From the IMG/VR virus record IMGVR_UViG_2708742532_000007, positions 1-64,000 of that record: 64,000 nt of DNA; one strand, 5' to 3'. Position 1 is the first letter of the stretch, and every line of letters starts with the position of its first letter. This DNA comes from a virus (taxonomy: Duplodnaviria; Caudoviricetes). The notes under the pieces were generated by a model, which worked only from the letters and a program-made list of their open reading frames with translations, did no database searches and was not told where the DNA came from. Positions 1-11,395 of this stretch are shown piece after piece. The position numbers and the translations under genes are program-made.

Positions 1-1302
1 GACGAACACATCATCTAAAGAACCGTAAACACGCTTAGGATTGAGTAGTTTGATGAATTGAGGTTGTGGGATAGCTTTCATCTCAAGTACTCTCTGAGCA
101 GTCTCAGGGTCTTCATCCGTCCATGTCACAACTTCAAAGTCACCTTCTAGTTCATCAATAGGCGACCAATTAGCTTCTAGGATTAAGTCGGCTTCTTTTA
201 CAGCTTCATCATCTGTGTAGTAAAGCACCTCAACACTATCACCAAATTCCTCATAGATGTCGAATGGCTCAGTAGTTGTCGATACAATAATATCGTCTGT
301 AGACTCTGTATAAGCCACTACAGTAGGTAATTCACCGATGTAGTCATACACACTGTAAGGGTCAACACCTGTCTCTACAGCGATTAGAGAGGTGTCTGAG
401 TCGGTGTAGTAAATAACTTGTGGTTTGTCACCTAGTAAATCCTGTGCTTTGAACTCGTTTTTATTTAATACAACAGAAGTAAATTGCTTATCCACAAAAT
501 CAGACCACATAATCACTGACTTATCTCCTAACAATTCTTTCCATTGTTTTTCTGTGATATGGTTAAGATTGTTCATTCCATACTTAATGAAGTTTTCTTC
601 TGTGGGTGTAGTTGATTGCCAATCAATGCCATCATGGTATTTGTGGTCTGAGTTGTGTTGGACTAGGTACTTATCAGGAACAGGGGAGATTACTCTATCG
701 TAGATTTCTAACGAATCTAGTAGACCACTAAAATAGTTTGCATTGTCAAGAGGGGGTTTACCTAAGAATAAATTAGAATCACCTATATGCTCTGTATCTG
801 TCAATTGCTTAGAGTCCACTAATACTCCATCTATATACAAACATGCTAGATTATTTGGTGTTTGAGTGTATAATATATCATGCCATTCACCCATAGTGAT
901 AGGGGAGCTTAGATGAACTACATAAGCACTTTGAACACCTTTGAATAAATAAACATTAACTCCCTCATTTGATGTGACACTAATTGTGAATCCTTTTTTT
1001 AAAGACCATGCTCCATTAGAAATCACAGTTGATGTACCACTAGCTGAAATAGAGTTAACAAATATTTTAAATCTTACACTTTTTGCACCTAAAGGAATAA
1101 TTTTATTATTAAACTCCACATACTGATTAGTACCATTAAAGCTCATAGCACTTCCTTTTCCATTCCAACCTGTGACACGAGTAGGAGCGTTATTTAAAGT
1201 ACCAATGTAACCACCAATTGAGTCCATAGCATTGCCACTAGGTTCATCAAAACCAATAAATGCTTTACCATATTTACTTAAATTATCTTTACTATTAGCC
1301 AT
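1..1302 (-). CDS. LamG-domain tail/receptor-binding protein, second copy (3' end outside window)
   Basis: Starts MANSKDNLSKYGKAFIGFDEPSG behind GGAGG at 1311-1315; open to position 1; aligns to 12389-13690 at offset 12388 except for the LamG interior. Confidence 0.85.
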   Translation of the reverse strand, partial: MANSKDNLSKYGKAFIGFDEPSGNAMDSIGGYIGTLNNAPTRVTGWNGKGSAMSFNGTNQYVEFNNKIIPLGAKSVRFKIFVNSISASGTSTVISNGAWSLKKGFTISVTSNEGVNVYLFKGVQSAYVVHLSSPITMGEWHDILYTQTPNNLACLYIDGVLVDSKQLTDTEHIGDSNLFLGKPPLDNANYFSGLLDSLEIYDRVISPVPDKYLVQHNSDHKYHDGIDWQSTTPTEENFIKYGMNNLNHITEKQWKELLGDKSVIMWSDFVDKQFTSVVLNKNEFKAQDLLGDKPQVIYYTDSDTSLIAVETGVDPYSVYDYIGELPTVVAYTESTDDIIVSTTTEPFDIYEEFGDSVEVLYYTDDEAVKEADLILEANWSPIDELEGDFEVVTWTDEDPETAQRVLEMKAIPQPQFIKLLNPKRVYGSLDDVFV

Positions 1303-1346
1303 TGTATTGACCTCCAATATTTTTCCATATTAAAAGGACAACTAGT

Positions 1347-2300
1347 TTAATAGTTGTCCTCAATCATTGCTGTTTTAAAATCAGTGCCAATAGGAATTGT
1401 AAACATTCTGCCTTTTCCTAATGGGGTTCTGTTATTAGTCACAATCTCATACTCAGTTGTAGTTTTAGTAAAATCAATAGGTTGGCTATCAACTGCTGAA
1501 TCAATCTCTTTTACAATTCCACCTTGAGCTAACATCATATATTCTGCTGTGTTAGGAATCTCTTTCACGCGAGTTGAAGTAGGGGATAAAACAAGGTTTT
1601 TATTGTCTGAGGTTTTAACCACTAAACGTTTTTGTGTGAAATCAGAAGGAGAGAGAGTTTTATTGTAGATTTGTAAATCATCTATCCGACCATTATACCA
1701 ATATCTGTAACTAGTATACTTCATAGCACCTATATTTAAATTATTTGAAGAATAATTGGTGCTATCTTCTGCTTTATCAGACTTTGATATTGATACTAAT
1801 TCATCATCCAAATAAAGCTTAGCAATATCTTCAACTTTTCCTGTCCATGAAAACACTATAGAGTGCCACTTTCCATCACACAGATTAATATTCGAAGGTG
1901 TTGATATAGACATAGAAGTTACCAATGGGTTTGTTGCAGTATAGAATTGTACACTGATTACCCCTGATACTAGTTTTATACCATAGCCAGTCCCATTATT
2001 CGATGCGCTTGTATATGTTTCCATGATACTCTGTGTGGTAGCGATGTAGTTTGTTGACTTGAACTTGAAACCTATAGTTTTTTCACCTAATGGAAGGATT
2101 TTATTATCAAATGACACCATGCTGTTGCTTCCATTGAAACTCATAGAATTACCCTCGCCATTCCAACCACCAACTCTAGTTGCACTTGTAACTGTGCCTG
2201 TATAGCCATTGCCTAGCTTGTCTCCAACATTTCCGCTTGCTTCATCAAAATCAAACCATGCTACACCGTAGTATGCCATTAATTGCTCTGTTGTTGCCAT
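1347..2300 (-). CDS. LamG/concanavalin-like tail-associated protein, second copy
   Basis: FDEASG, CDGKWH, LYLDD, YNGRIDDLQIYNK motifs; C-terminus nearly identical to 13733-14689. Confidence 0.85.
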   Translation of the reverse strand: MATTEQLMAYYGVAWFDFDEASGNVGDKLGNGYTGTVTSATRVGGWNGEGNSMSFNGSNSMVSFDNKILPLGEKTIGFKFKSTNYIATTQSIMETYTSASNNGTGYGIKLVSGVISVQFYTATNPLVTSMSISTPSNINLCDGKWHSIVFSWTGKVEDIAKLYLDDELVSISKSDKAEDSTNYSSNNLNIGAMKYTSYRYWYNGRIDDLQIYNKTLSPSDFTQKRLVVKTSDNKNLVLSPTSTRVKEIPNTAEYMMLAQGGIVKEIDSAVDSQPIDFTKTTTEYEIVTNNRTPLGKGRMFTIPIGTDFKTAMIEDNY

Positions 2301-3559
2301 TTATTTCACCTCTCTTAATCCATATAAAATCTCTGCCCAACATGCACTAAGACCTCCATTGGTTGTTCTGTGAACTATTTTGCAATACCTAGCTTCACTG
2401 AATTTCAATTGTAGCATTTTAGGATTGAATTCTACCCAATCAGAAATATCAAACTCACCAACAGTTATCCAATTCTGACTATCTTTAGAAGTTTGTACAT
2501 AAAAATTTTTCGGAGTTTGATTTATATATTGTGTATTTCTAGGAGTTAGTTGAATCATATTTATCTTTTTTATATTACCAAAATCTATTTGAATCCATGA
2601 ATTGCTATGAGCATTTGCTAGCGTGCCCATAGAGAAGAACTGTTAGAAAAACCATCAAATGCATTAAAAGGGTCGTGGTTCACATCGAACTTACTACTTG
2701 CACTAGCAACTAGTGGGGAAGGTGTTGCATCAGAGGTCATTTTTGTTTCGTGCCAAGTGTAAATAGGTTCAAAATTCTTTTTATCTGTTAGTTCCCTGAT
2801 ACTCAAAGTGTTAATTATCCCAATATCATGTGTAAATACTTTTCCACTTGCACCATTAATAGGTGTGTCATTAAAGTATCTATGTTTATCAAAAGGCACA
2901 TCTAATTGAATTTCTTTACCTTGCTCAATACCATGTAAAATCATGTTTTTAGGAGAGTTATCAGGCATGTGAATTAGAGTATTGTTTGATAGGGAATAGT
3001 GTACATTTGCTGTTGGATTTTTTAATGCAACTCTATTTCCAATTGAATCATATTTTAGAGAGTTATAATTATATACCCACTCATAGTTTATTTGGATTTC
3101 ACCATTAATCTGAGTACCTGTGCCTACTTCTAAAATTAAATTTTGATAAGAAAATTGAATACTATAGGTATAGACTAGAGTCCCATTCTTAAAATATTGA
3201 ATTGTGTTATTTTTTGAATCAACTCTTAAAGCAACAACATCATTCTGTTTAGCTATAAAACCTGAAACTGTTGATACAACGATATTATTAAAATAAAAAG
3301 TTCCATCTGATATGTTTATAGAACAACCATCTGAGTATGCCCCTGTGTACTTATTTCTACTAAAAGAAGTTGAATAATTGCCTATTCCAAGTGCTACATT
3401 GCCTGACTCTGAAAGCACTTTAAACTCAATGGCGAAATTATTTGTTTTGGCAGGAATATTTAATCTTGCTAAGTTTTGAGTAGTTGTAATCTTTATTGAA
3501 GAACCATCTTCTGATACGCTAGTTCCTGAGTTTGATGGTAAGAAGTGGTAGTTTTTCAT
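2301..3559 (-). pseudogene. SPRY/B30.2-like plus discoidin (F5/8C) tail protein, frameshifted near 2630
   Basis: ORFs 2618-3559 and 2301-2630 join if one G is restored (SLW/GTL); the central block MILHGIEQGKEIQLDVPF is shared with 14673-15935. Confidence 0.8.
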
Positions 3560-3645
3560 TTAATCATTCCTTTCTTATTGTATTAAGAAAATAAAAAACT
3601 CAATATTATTTAAATTAGTTCAAAACAATTTAAAAATGTTTTAAA

Positions 3646-4791
3646 CTAATTAAAACTAATACTGAGTGGTTTTCTATCTAATTGAGTTGTCCAAAGACTT
3701 TCTTCGTTTGCTGATATTTTATTTTGTAAAATGTAGTTTTTATTATTCATAACTACATTAATTGGTAAACCATCATGAATGTTAGTTCCATATTTTGTAA
3801 AGTTATTTAAACTACTATTAGGTATTTCATTAAGGAAGCCTAAATTACAAAACTCAAGTTTCGCTACAATCACATAAGAGCCACCATTAACTGTAAAAAC
3901 TTTTAATCTGTAATATCTAAAGCTATATTGGGATTTAAGTGTAAATAATCTAGTTTCATTAGCTTTCCAGTCTGTTTCATTGAACGTTCTACTAATATCA
4001 AAATAATTAATACCATCATCAGAACCTTGCATTACAAAAGTTTTTGGTGAAGATGTTGTATAATTAGTATCAGTAGTCCATGCTCTTGATGTTATTTTAA
4101 ATGAATTCACTTTTGTTTTCACACCAAAGTCTAATTGCAACCAACCGTTAGTAGTATTTACTAAACTAGCCCAACAATCTGCACCATCACTTGAACTGTT
4201 AGAGTTATTAAAAGCCTTCCAAGCAACATTACATTATTTCCATTTACACTACTAGCAATCGCCACTAAAGGTGAGGGAGCAGTGTTAGAGGTCATTTTTA
4301 CGTTATATAAAGTATCTCTTAAGTTTAATGAATATGTTTTACTATTTGATTGAAGCATATAATACCCTTTTTCTATACCACTTACAAACATCTCGTTAAA
4401 TTGAATATATGCATAATTTGGATATATCCTATATTTCCCTGATTCTAAGTTTTCATAGTATTTATACCAAGTAGGTGTATTTGTAGTTCGAGCACTTGAA
4501 CTTATAATTTCAAATTCTTGAGAATTTTTATTCTGCTTTCTTAGTGTAGTTGACTGTCCTGAAGCCCCTCCTGAATCACTATAATACCCACCAGTGAACC
4601 ACACATCAGCACTTAAATATTTATCAGGTATTGTAAATTCTAAATAATGATTGGTGTACCTAAGCTGGTGCTAAATTATCATTGAATAAACCACTTGGAT
4701 ACCAATATGAAGTATTATAAGCTTGTACTTCTAGTTTTTCAGATGTGATTTCTTCTCCTATATAGTTATTAGGTAAATTTTTTCTAGGCAT
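3646..4791 (-). pseudogene. Discoidin-domain tail protein, disrupted copy of 18641-19807
   Basis: Starts MPRKNLP; 23-bp deletion at ~4664 and a +2 shift at ~4230 relative to the intact paralog. Confidence 0.88.
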
Positions 4792-6000
4792 TTATTTCAC
4801 CACAACTTTCAATTTTTTTATATCGAAATATTTCTTTAAGTCAATTGTTTTGCTGAACACTTTTCCAATCTTACCAACACCTAAAATCTCACTTTTATTG
4901 GTCATTTCCATAGGTTCTAAAGTTGTAACTTTACGCTCGAAAGGAGATAATGAGTCCATACCTTTATCTATAAATTGTGTTGAAGTAGGGAGAGTTGTTG
5001 AAACTGTTTCCCATTTAGCTAAAATTTCTGATTGAGCTACTGAGAGTAAATATATATCACCTATTCCTACATAAGTCACTCCTGTTTTTGTTGGAACATT
5101 TACTCTATAGATTTTATATTTAGCAACATTTTTTAACTTGAAATTTTTAACTTCCAATCCACTTGACCAAGTAATATTAGATTGTGTATCTAAGGTAGTC
5201 CAATCATTTCCATTGTTGCTACCTTCAAATTCCCATGTTGTAATATGATTTATTAATGGTATATTTACAACAGTTCCAGTTGCTCTCAAACTATAACCAC
5301 TTATATCTGTGACAAAGGGAAACTCGTAAGAAATCCATCCATAATTTTGTCCATTAGCTGTACACCACCCTTGACCATCTGTGCCATCAAATGCTTTCCA
5401 AGCGTCATAGTAAGATGCATTATAAATACTACTTGCACTAGCTTTTCCAGAGGGTTTTGTGTTTGATGTCATTATTGGCACAATATTTTCACCTTGACTA
5501 AGTGGTATATGCGGTATATATTTCTTATACTCACCATCATGTAAAATAAGCGATTTATTCATATAAGCAGATTCAACATACCATTCTCCATCAACTCTAC
5601 CTGCTAGACCTGTATTACTAGCGTCTAGTATAAATTTATATTTTCCTTTTGGGAGAGCTTCTGTGAATTGTAACCATGTTTGAGAAGCTTGTTTTGAAGT
5701 GTCTCTGTATAAGTTAGTGTAGTCCTCTACATAGTCAGTTCCATTGTGTTTCAATATTTTTAGTCTTTGATTGTTGCTATTATTCCAAGAATAGAACCTA
5801 TGAAGTATAACTGTTTCATAAAACTCAATTATTATATATGATGTAGCAGTATTCCAATACGCAACTTCATTTGTATTCCAAGCATTAGGTGTGGTTCCAT
5901 CAAAAAGACCATTTGCATTACCTGTTAAGCCTATGCTTTCAATTAGTGTATATTTTGCTTCTTTTTTAACAGGATAAGTTGGTTTCGCTATGCCTGCCAT
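4792..6000 (-). CDS. Discoidin (F5/8C) tail-associated protein
   Basis: MTSNTKPSG..AWKAFDG..WEFEGSNNGNDWTTLD; conserved C-terminus VFSKTIDLKKYFDIKK. Confidence 0.85.
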   Translation of the reverse strand: MAGIAKPTYPVKKEAKYTLIESIGLTGNANGLFDGTTPNAWNTNEVAYWNTATSYIIIEFYETVILHRFYSWNNSNNQRLKILKHNGTDYVEDYTNLYRDTSKQASQTWLQFTEALPKGKYKFILDASNTGLAGRVDGEWYVESAYMNKSLILHDGEYKKYIPHIPLSQGENIVPIMTSNTKPSGKASASSIYNASYYDAWKAFDGTDGQGWCTANGQNYGWISYEFPFVTDISGYSLRATGTVVNIPLINHITTWEFEGSNNGNDWTTLDTQSNITWSSGLEVKNFKLKNVAKYKIYRVNVPTKTGVTYVGIGDIYLLSVAQSEILAKWETVSTTLPTSTQFIDKGMDSLSPFERKVTTLEPMEMTNKSEILGVGKIGKVFSKTIDLKKYFDIKKLKVVVK

Positions 6001-7210
6001 TATCTCACCTCAGTTCTAATACTTCTAATATCAAAATATTTATTTAGATTAATAGTTTTACTAAACACTTTACCAATTTCTCCTGAGGGTAGGATGTCAT
6101 TCTTTAGTGTCATTTGGAGGGGTTCTATTTCTGTTACCACTCTGTTTAATAGGGGAGAGAAGTTATCCATTCCTTGTTCTAAGAATTGTGTGGAATTAAG
6201 GAGAGTGGGGGAAACTGTAGACCAATGCACTGATTCTTTAAGCTCTCCTTTATATATTTCTAAGTCAGTGAATTGACCTTCGAAGTAATAGGGATATAGT
6301 GTTGAAGCACCTGTTTCGGAAGCTTTGCAACCTATAACTAAATTATTTGTTGCAGTTGTAGACTCTTTATAAGAGTGTACTAGTTGATAGTCTAATACAC
6401 CATCTACATACCATTTAACGTATTGACCATCTTTGTATTCTAACAATAGTTCGTGCTACTCATTGTCACATATCATAGCATTTCCATTTTGAGCAGATAT
6501 GTTCCATGATGTACCACCTGTAATGTTGACTGCATAGTGTAGTGTTCCTATATCAGAAATACCAATAAACCAACCTCTTTTGGTATTTTCAGATGTAGAT
6601 ATGATAATTTGTTGTTTTTTTGTTGAAGTTTTGATTTTATATTTTATTATCTTATCTCCGATTGGGAATAGGTTATTGACTGTTGAACGTAGGTGTTGAT
6701 TGATTCCATTAAAACTAGCAACATATCCATGTTCTGAATCATATATCTGATTTGGAATAATAGGAGAAGTAAAAACTGTTCCTTTCACACCTTTTATCTC
6801 ACTACTACCGTCAAATTTTAAATTCTCTATTAAGTTAGTAGGATTCTGTGAATAAACCTTTCCTAACTTTTTATATTTATCGTCATGTAAAATAAGAGAT
6901 TTATCTATAGGCTCAAATCCATCATAGCCAAACAATATTCTTCCAATTGTTGTTAGTGTATTGTTGGGTGTTCTAGCAATACGCACTCTAATATATTGAT
7001 AATCGTCATTATTCTCAAAAATCAACTCAATAACATCATTCCAATTTTAAGAGCCTGTAAATGTAAGACATTGAATGTTAAATCATCATTTGAACCCTCG
7101 ATATATAAATAAGATGGATGATATGCTAATTCTAAACCTGTGTTTTTAAACATTTTTATCTTGTTAATTTGAAGAACTAGCACTTGCAACTAAAGGGGAA
7201 GGGGTAACCA
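6000..7210 (-). pseudogene. Discoidin plus LamG tail protein, 5'-truncated and interrupted
   Basis: TAG at 6456-6458 where CDNEWH is expected; frameshifts at 7030-7170; begins at the TPSPLVASASS motif with no clear start; C-terminus KYFDIRSIRTEVR as in the 17182 gene. Confidence 0.8.
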
Positions 7211-7271
7211 AGTGGTTCTGTCAAATAAACAAAAAAATTCTCCTTAACAAAAATCTTTAAAATTTATCAAT

Positions 7272-8027
7272 TTATGCTTTAATGACTGAGCCAACCCAAA
7301 GAATTTTCAAGTCTTTCATCTTTTGAAGATATTGTTTAGCGGAAGCTTCGTTAGCATATGTGCCTGTTTGGAAGTAGAACTTACCTTTGTCTTCATTGAT
7401 TGTGATGTAATCAATGTTAGCAAGTTTGTTTTGCGCAACCTTAGCTTTGGCACTCTCAGCTTCTTTCTTCGTACTATACGTGCCTGACTGTATTCTGTAA
7501 GGTTCGTTTTTAGGTGGTGTATTTGTTCCGCCTTTGCCTTGAATCTTGTTAAGAGCCTTCTCGACACGATTTAAGAAGTCCTTCCAAGTTCCTCTGTCCA
7601 AGATTCTGTGTGGGCAATACTTACCTGACCAATCTTGATGTTTCTTAACAGAGTTTATTCCTAAGCCATGTCTATTCAATAGATAAGCTGTAAGCTCAAC
7701 TGCATTATTTTCAGCTTTATCATATCTATCTCCACCACTCTTAGAGTAGCAGATTTCTACACCGATAGATTTCATGTTGCCATTTCCTCTTCCATCACCA
7801 CAATGCCAAGCTGTTCGATTATCAGGTAATACTTGAATGATTTCCTTATCATCTACAGCATAGTGGAACGAAACTTGATTATTGTTGCTATTGTGATAAC
7901 GAGCTTCATTTAGGGCAGCCGCGTCATTAGCTGTGTTATGAATTGTGACATATTGAGGTGTCATGCTGTATGGTGCTTTAAGAGAATACTTAGCAGAGCT
8001 TGCTAACATTTGTTTAATTTCTAACAT
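7272..8027 (-). CDS. N-acetylmuramoyl-L-alanine amidase endolysin (XlyA/CwlA-like Amidase_2 plus SPOR-like repeats)
   Basis: TIHNTAND, VSFHYAVDD, AWHCGDG, SIGVEICYS, HQDWSGKYCPH; two Q(S/T)GTY repeats at the C-terminus. Confidence 0.93.
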   Translation of the reverse strand: MLEIKQMLASSAKYSLKAPYSMTPQYVTIHNTANDAAALNEARYHNSNNNQVSFHYAVDDKEIIQVLPDNRTAWHCGDGRGNGNMKSIGVEICYSKSGGDRYDKAENNAVELTAYLLNRHGLGINSVKKHQDWSGKYCPHRILDRGTWKDFLNRVEKALNKIQGKGGTNTPPKNEPYRIQSGTYSTKKEAESAKAKVAQNKLANIDYITINEDKGKFYFQTGTYANEASAKQYLQKMKDLKILWVGSVIKA

Positions 8028-8065
8028 ATCATATCACCTTCGATTAATTATTTTTTAATACAAAA

Positions 8066-8227
8066 AGAGGCTGGGACACAAGGATTTTAGCCAATGAAAA
8101 ACCCGAACTATATCACGAAACGCTCAGCCTGTGTTTCGTAATTGTTCGGGTTTTCTGTTTATATTCATTGCTAATTTAAAAATTATACGTTTTTCATAAA
8201 GTGCAAATTAGTTATGTCCCAGCCTCT
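8066..8227. mobile_element. MITE-like miniature element
   Basis: 13-bp perfect terminal inverted repeat AGAGGCTGGGACA (8066-8078) / TGTCCCAGCCTCT (8215-8227); internal hairpin AAAACCCGAAC..GTTCGGGTTTT; no ORF. Ends resemble IS1182-family ends. Confidence 0.7.
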
Positions 8228-8229
8228 CT

Positions 8230-8560
8230 CATTAGTGCTTCCTTGAATGTTTCTTCCATAGTTGCTAAGGCTTTATTAACAAGGTTTTCGAATTTTGTTT
8301 AGACACAAACATACCGAGTACTCCGTATTTGCTAACAATCATTTTGTAAACATAAGAAAGCTTTAAGTTTCCTGCTTTACTACCAAACTCTTTTTTGACA
8401 AGGTCAACAGCATGTAATAGCCACATAAGTATTAGCTTTTGACGCTTGTTAGAATGGGGAGTAAAGTACATTTTCTACAGCTTTAATAATTTGATATTGC
8501 TTAGGAGAACCAAGTTCCACTCGAACTTCATCAATTTTGTCAGGGTAGGCGAGATACTTC
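8230..8560 (-). pseudogene. Probable phage holin, frameshifted
   Basis: WLLHAVDLVKKEFGSKAGNLKLSYVY resembles small phage holins; the expected tail FENLVNKALATMEETFKEAL is in another frame; lies just upstream of the endolysin. Boundaries approximate. Confidence 0.6.
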
Positions 8561-8599
8561 ACTAGTAATAACATTTTACACATTTTTAATATCATTATA

Positions 8600-9046
8600 T
8601 TACTTTTGTTGCATTTCTTCAAAAGAGACTGTTTCTAAAATGTCACAGAAGCGATTGTAGCGCTCTGCTTCAATACCTGAAAACTCTTCATCAACTTCTA
8701 GGACAATACGTTGAATAGTTTTAATCATTTCAACTTTCTCATTTTTGACTTCGATAATAAATTCCTCATTCATTAACTTAGATACTTCCATGTTGAATGA
8801 AAGACTATCCTCAAGGATAACGAACTCTTGACCTTTTTCATCTTTATCACGAATAGGTTCATCATTTTCATCTTTCTTAGCGTAGTCTTGTAAAAGAATA
8901 TCTCGCTCAGTAGCGATTAATTGCAACTGTGCTTCTAAGATACCAATGAAGCGAGAACGCATACGAGAGTCCTTTCCTTTTAATGCAAGCTCGTATAGGA
9001 AATCTCCGAAAGCTTTTAGTTCATAGTTTTTAAATACTAAAATCAT
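8600..9046 (-). CDS. Phage protein, DUF1617-like
   Basis: LYELALKGKDSRMRSRF..YAKKDENDEP pattern; AAGGA RBS; typical position before the lysis genes. Confidence 0.7.
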   Translation of the reverse strand: MILVFKNYELKAFGDFLYELALKGKDSRMRSRFIGILEAQLQLIATERDILLQDYAKKDENDEPIRDKDEKGQEFVILEDSLSFNMEVSKLMNEEFIIEVKNEKVEMIKTIQRIVLEVDEEFSGIEAERYNRFCDILETVSFEEMQQK

Positions 9047-9068
9047 ATAAATTTATTCCTTTCCATTC

Positions 9069-9100
9069 AAAAATAGAGAGGAAATCAACTTGCCCCTCTA
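9069..9100 (-). terminator. Rho-independent terminator
   Basis: Minus strand TAGAGGGGCAAGTTGATTTCCTCTCTA followed by a T run. Confidence 0.6.
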
Positions 9101-9182
9101 TCATACATTTTATATAATTATATTGCTTTTACAAACGATTTCAAGAAATCTCTAAAAACTATTTTAAGGCAGTTTATAGGAA

Positions 9183-11363
9183 TTAGATGATGAATGCATA
9201 AGCGCCACCTTTAGAACCTACTTGAATCACAGTGAAGATGTTGTCTACCATCAAGATACGAGGTTCAATGACAGTTAATACATCATGGTCAGCCCATGTT
9301 GGAATAGTAATTTCAGTTTCAACTTTGCGTCTACTTACAGTAATCTCAGTATCTACTTGAGATACTTTCTTAATATCAATAATAGTGTCAACTTGACTTA
9401 CAGATTTTGCATTAATTTCAGTGATAATATCACTAGTGTATTTAATGTAAATCTCTGTGTCTGTGTCTGAATCATTATAGCGTTGTACTGTGACAGATAC
9501 TTCAACAACAGGTTTAGATACGGTAATTTCAGTGTCAACATCATTCTTAATATTAGCTTCAATTTCAACCCAAATATCATTTCTATGTTTCACTTCAACC
9601 TCTACTTCAAGTTTTGGTCTTGAAACATAGACTACAGTGTAAAGACTACTATCATCAACAACTCTAGGTGTAATTTCAATTGGTATTTTATCTTTTGCTA
9701 CATGGATTTCTGTGTCAACAACAGAAGTCCACATTTCATTAATGTCAATTTCTGTATCTACTTGATTTTTGTCATGTGTAGGGACAGTAATTTCTACATT
9801 AATTGAAGGTTTTGTTACTGCAATGGTTGTGTCAATAATGCTTGTATCTCTTTTAGCGCATGCAATCTCAGCTAAAGCAAAAGGTCTGTTAACAGCAATT
9901 TCAGTATCCAATCGGTTTTCACGAGGTCTTCTAGCACTGATTTCAACTGGGATTTTATTTTCATCACGAATTGCTGAGATAATTTGAGTGGGTACATAAG
10001 GCTTGCTTACTGAAATTTCAACTAGGGCTTCAAAATCCAAAGGAACTTCTTTTCTGTGAACATAGATTTCAGTATCAATTTTTTCAAATCTATAAACTGA
10101 ATCAACAGTGATTTCGGTGTTTTTATCAGAGTTTCTTCTTCTGTAAGCAAAGATTTCAGTTAAGTGTTGGCTTCTCCCTTGAGAGAAAATTCTTGAATCA
10201 AAGTATTTAACAACTAATTCAGGAGGGAACATAGTCTCTCTAGTGTAGAACGTTGTTTGACCAAATTCAGTTTCATTGGATAGGCGAACAATAAAACCAT
10301 TATTAATCTTCTCTAGCGAAACCCAATTTTTAACAATTTCAAGGACGTCAAACTCAATGTATCCTTCTTCTGTATTTACCGTAAACTCATTAGAAATTAA
10401 GTCAATAGGGTTAGGTTTATTAAGGTTTGTGATGTTATACTCTTGCCATGCGCTATCTGCATTTAGAATCTCAAGTTTTATATTATTTGGTACTACACCT
10501 TTATAATATAATCGTAAGTAGGATTCTTTTAAAACATATGAGTGGTTAATCGAAGATAAATCAAATTGTACGAAAGAGCGCCAAATATCTTCTTGACTAC
10601 GACCAACAACCATAGATGAATTTTTACCATAGTTGATGGATTGGTAAGCTAATTCTTCTCTTGTGAAAGAGTCTTGAGTAGGATTGAATATATCTGTAAC
10701 AATTGGTGGTTGTTGAATCTCATAGACTGCCCACATTCTATTGTGAGGTGGTACTTCAATTTCAGCTTCTAAGAAATTGTACCCAATAGGTTGAATTTCT
10801 GTGTAGACATCTGAGTTACCACGATACATAACGTTTAGGTAAGTGTCTTTAATATTAGTACCCAAAGCACGAGAGATAAGCTCAGTTTCTATAGGGCTTT
10901 CTCCTAATGGTCTAGCTACAATTTCAACATCTTGCTCAGTTTTCCCTACCGCAATAAGCTTATATTTTGCTTTAAAGCTGTTATTAGGTGGTACTTCAAT
11001 CTCTGTTTCTAAGAAGTTGTGACCAATAGGTTGAATTTCTGTATAAACATCTGAGTTACCGCGATACATAACGTTTAGGTAAGTGTCTTTAGTGCTAAAA
11101 TCCAAGGCACGAGAGACAAGCTCAGTTTCAGTAAGACTTTCTCTTAGTGGTCTAGCTACAATTTCAACATCTTGTTCAATCTTTCCTACCGCAATAAGCT
11201 TGTATTTTGCATTAAAGCTGTTGTTAGGTGGTACTTCAATCTCTGTTAGAACTTCATTGTTAATACCAACCTCTATATACATATCAGAAGAGCCATCAAT
11301 TGATGATTCTCCTGACTCATTTCTTTGAGAGGAAATTTCTAATTCAAAATTTTTGTCCTCCAT
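9183..11363 (-). CDS. DNRLRE-domain tail-associated protein with acidic beta-rich repeats
   Basis: QDSFTRE..INYG..RSFVQFDLSSI..LRLYY..NNGFIV..PELVV; many DTEI-x-V repeats. Confidence 0.78.
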   Translation of the reverse strand: MEDKNFELEISSQRNESGESSIDGSSDMYIEVGINNEVLTEIEVPPNNSFNAKYKLIAVGKIEQDVEIVARPLRESLTETELVSRALDFSTKDTYLNVMYRGNSDVYTEIQPIGHNFLETEIEVPPNNSFKAKYKLIAVGKTEQDVEIVARPLGESPIETELISRALGTNIKDTYLNVMYRGNSDVYTEIQPIGYNFLEAEIEVPPHNRMWAVYEIQQPPIVTDIFNPTQDSFTREELAYQSINYGKNSSMVVGRSQEDIWRSFVQFDLSSINHSYVLKESYLRLYYKGVVPNNIKLEILNADSAWQEYNITNLNKPNPIDLISNEFTVNTEEGYIEFDVLEIVKNWVSLEKINNGFIVRLSNETEFGQTTFYTRETMFPPELVVKYFDSRIFSQGRSQHLTEIFAYRRRNSDKNTEITVDSVYRFEKIDTEIYVHRKEVPLDFEALVEISVSKPYVPTQIISAIRDENKIPVEISARRPRENRLDTEIAVNRPFALAEIACAKRDTSIIDTTIAVTKPSINVEITVPTHDKNQVDTEIDINEMWTSVVDTEIHVAKDKIPIEITPRVVDDSSLYTVVYVSRPKLEVEVEVKHRNDIWVEIEANIKNDVDTEITVSKPVVEVSVTVQRYNDSDTDTEIYIKYTSDIITEINAKSVSQVDTIIDIKKVSQVDTEITVSRRKVETEITIPTWADHDVLTVIEPRILMVDNIFTVIQVGSKGGAYAFII
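10746..11247. repeat. 240-bp in-frame tandem duplication (80 aa)
   Basis: AGGTGGTACTTCAAT recurs at 10746, 10986 and 11226 with near-identical intervening sequence. Confidence 0.92.
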
Positions 11364-11395
11364 ATATTCACTTCCTTATCACATTGTATTGTGAT

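Noticed and set aside
1-7210. Classical invertible shufflon
   Set aside because: All cassettes have the same orientation as the main operon, and I saw no inverted crossover sites.
2301-8560. Frameshifts as pure sequencing error
   Set aside because: Lesions include a 23-bp deletion and a nonsense change and cluster in particular genes, while 4-7 kb ORFs are clean. Individual single-base cases still need read checks.
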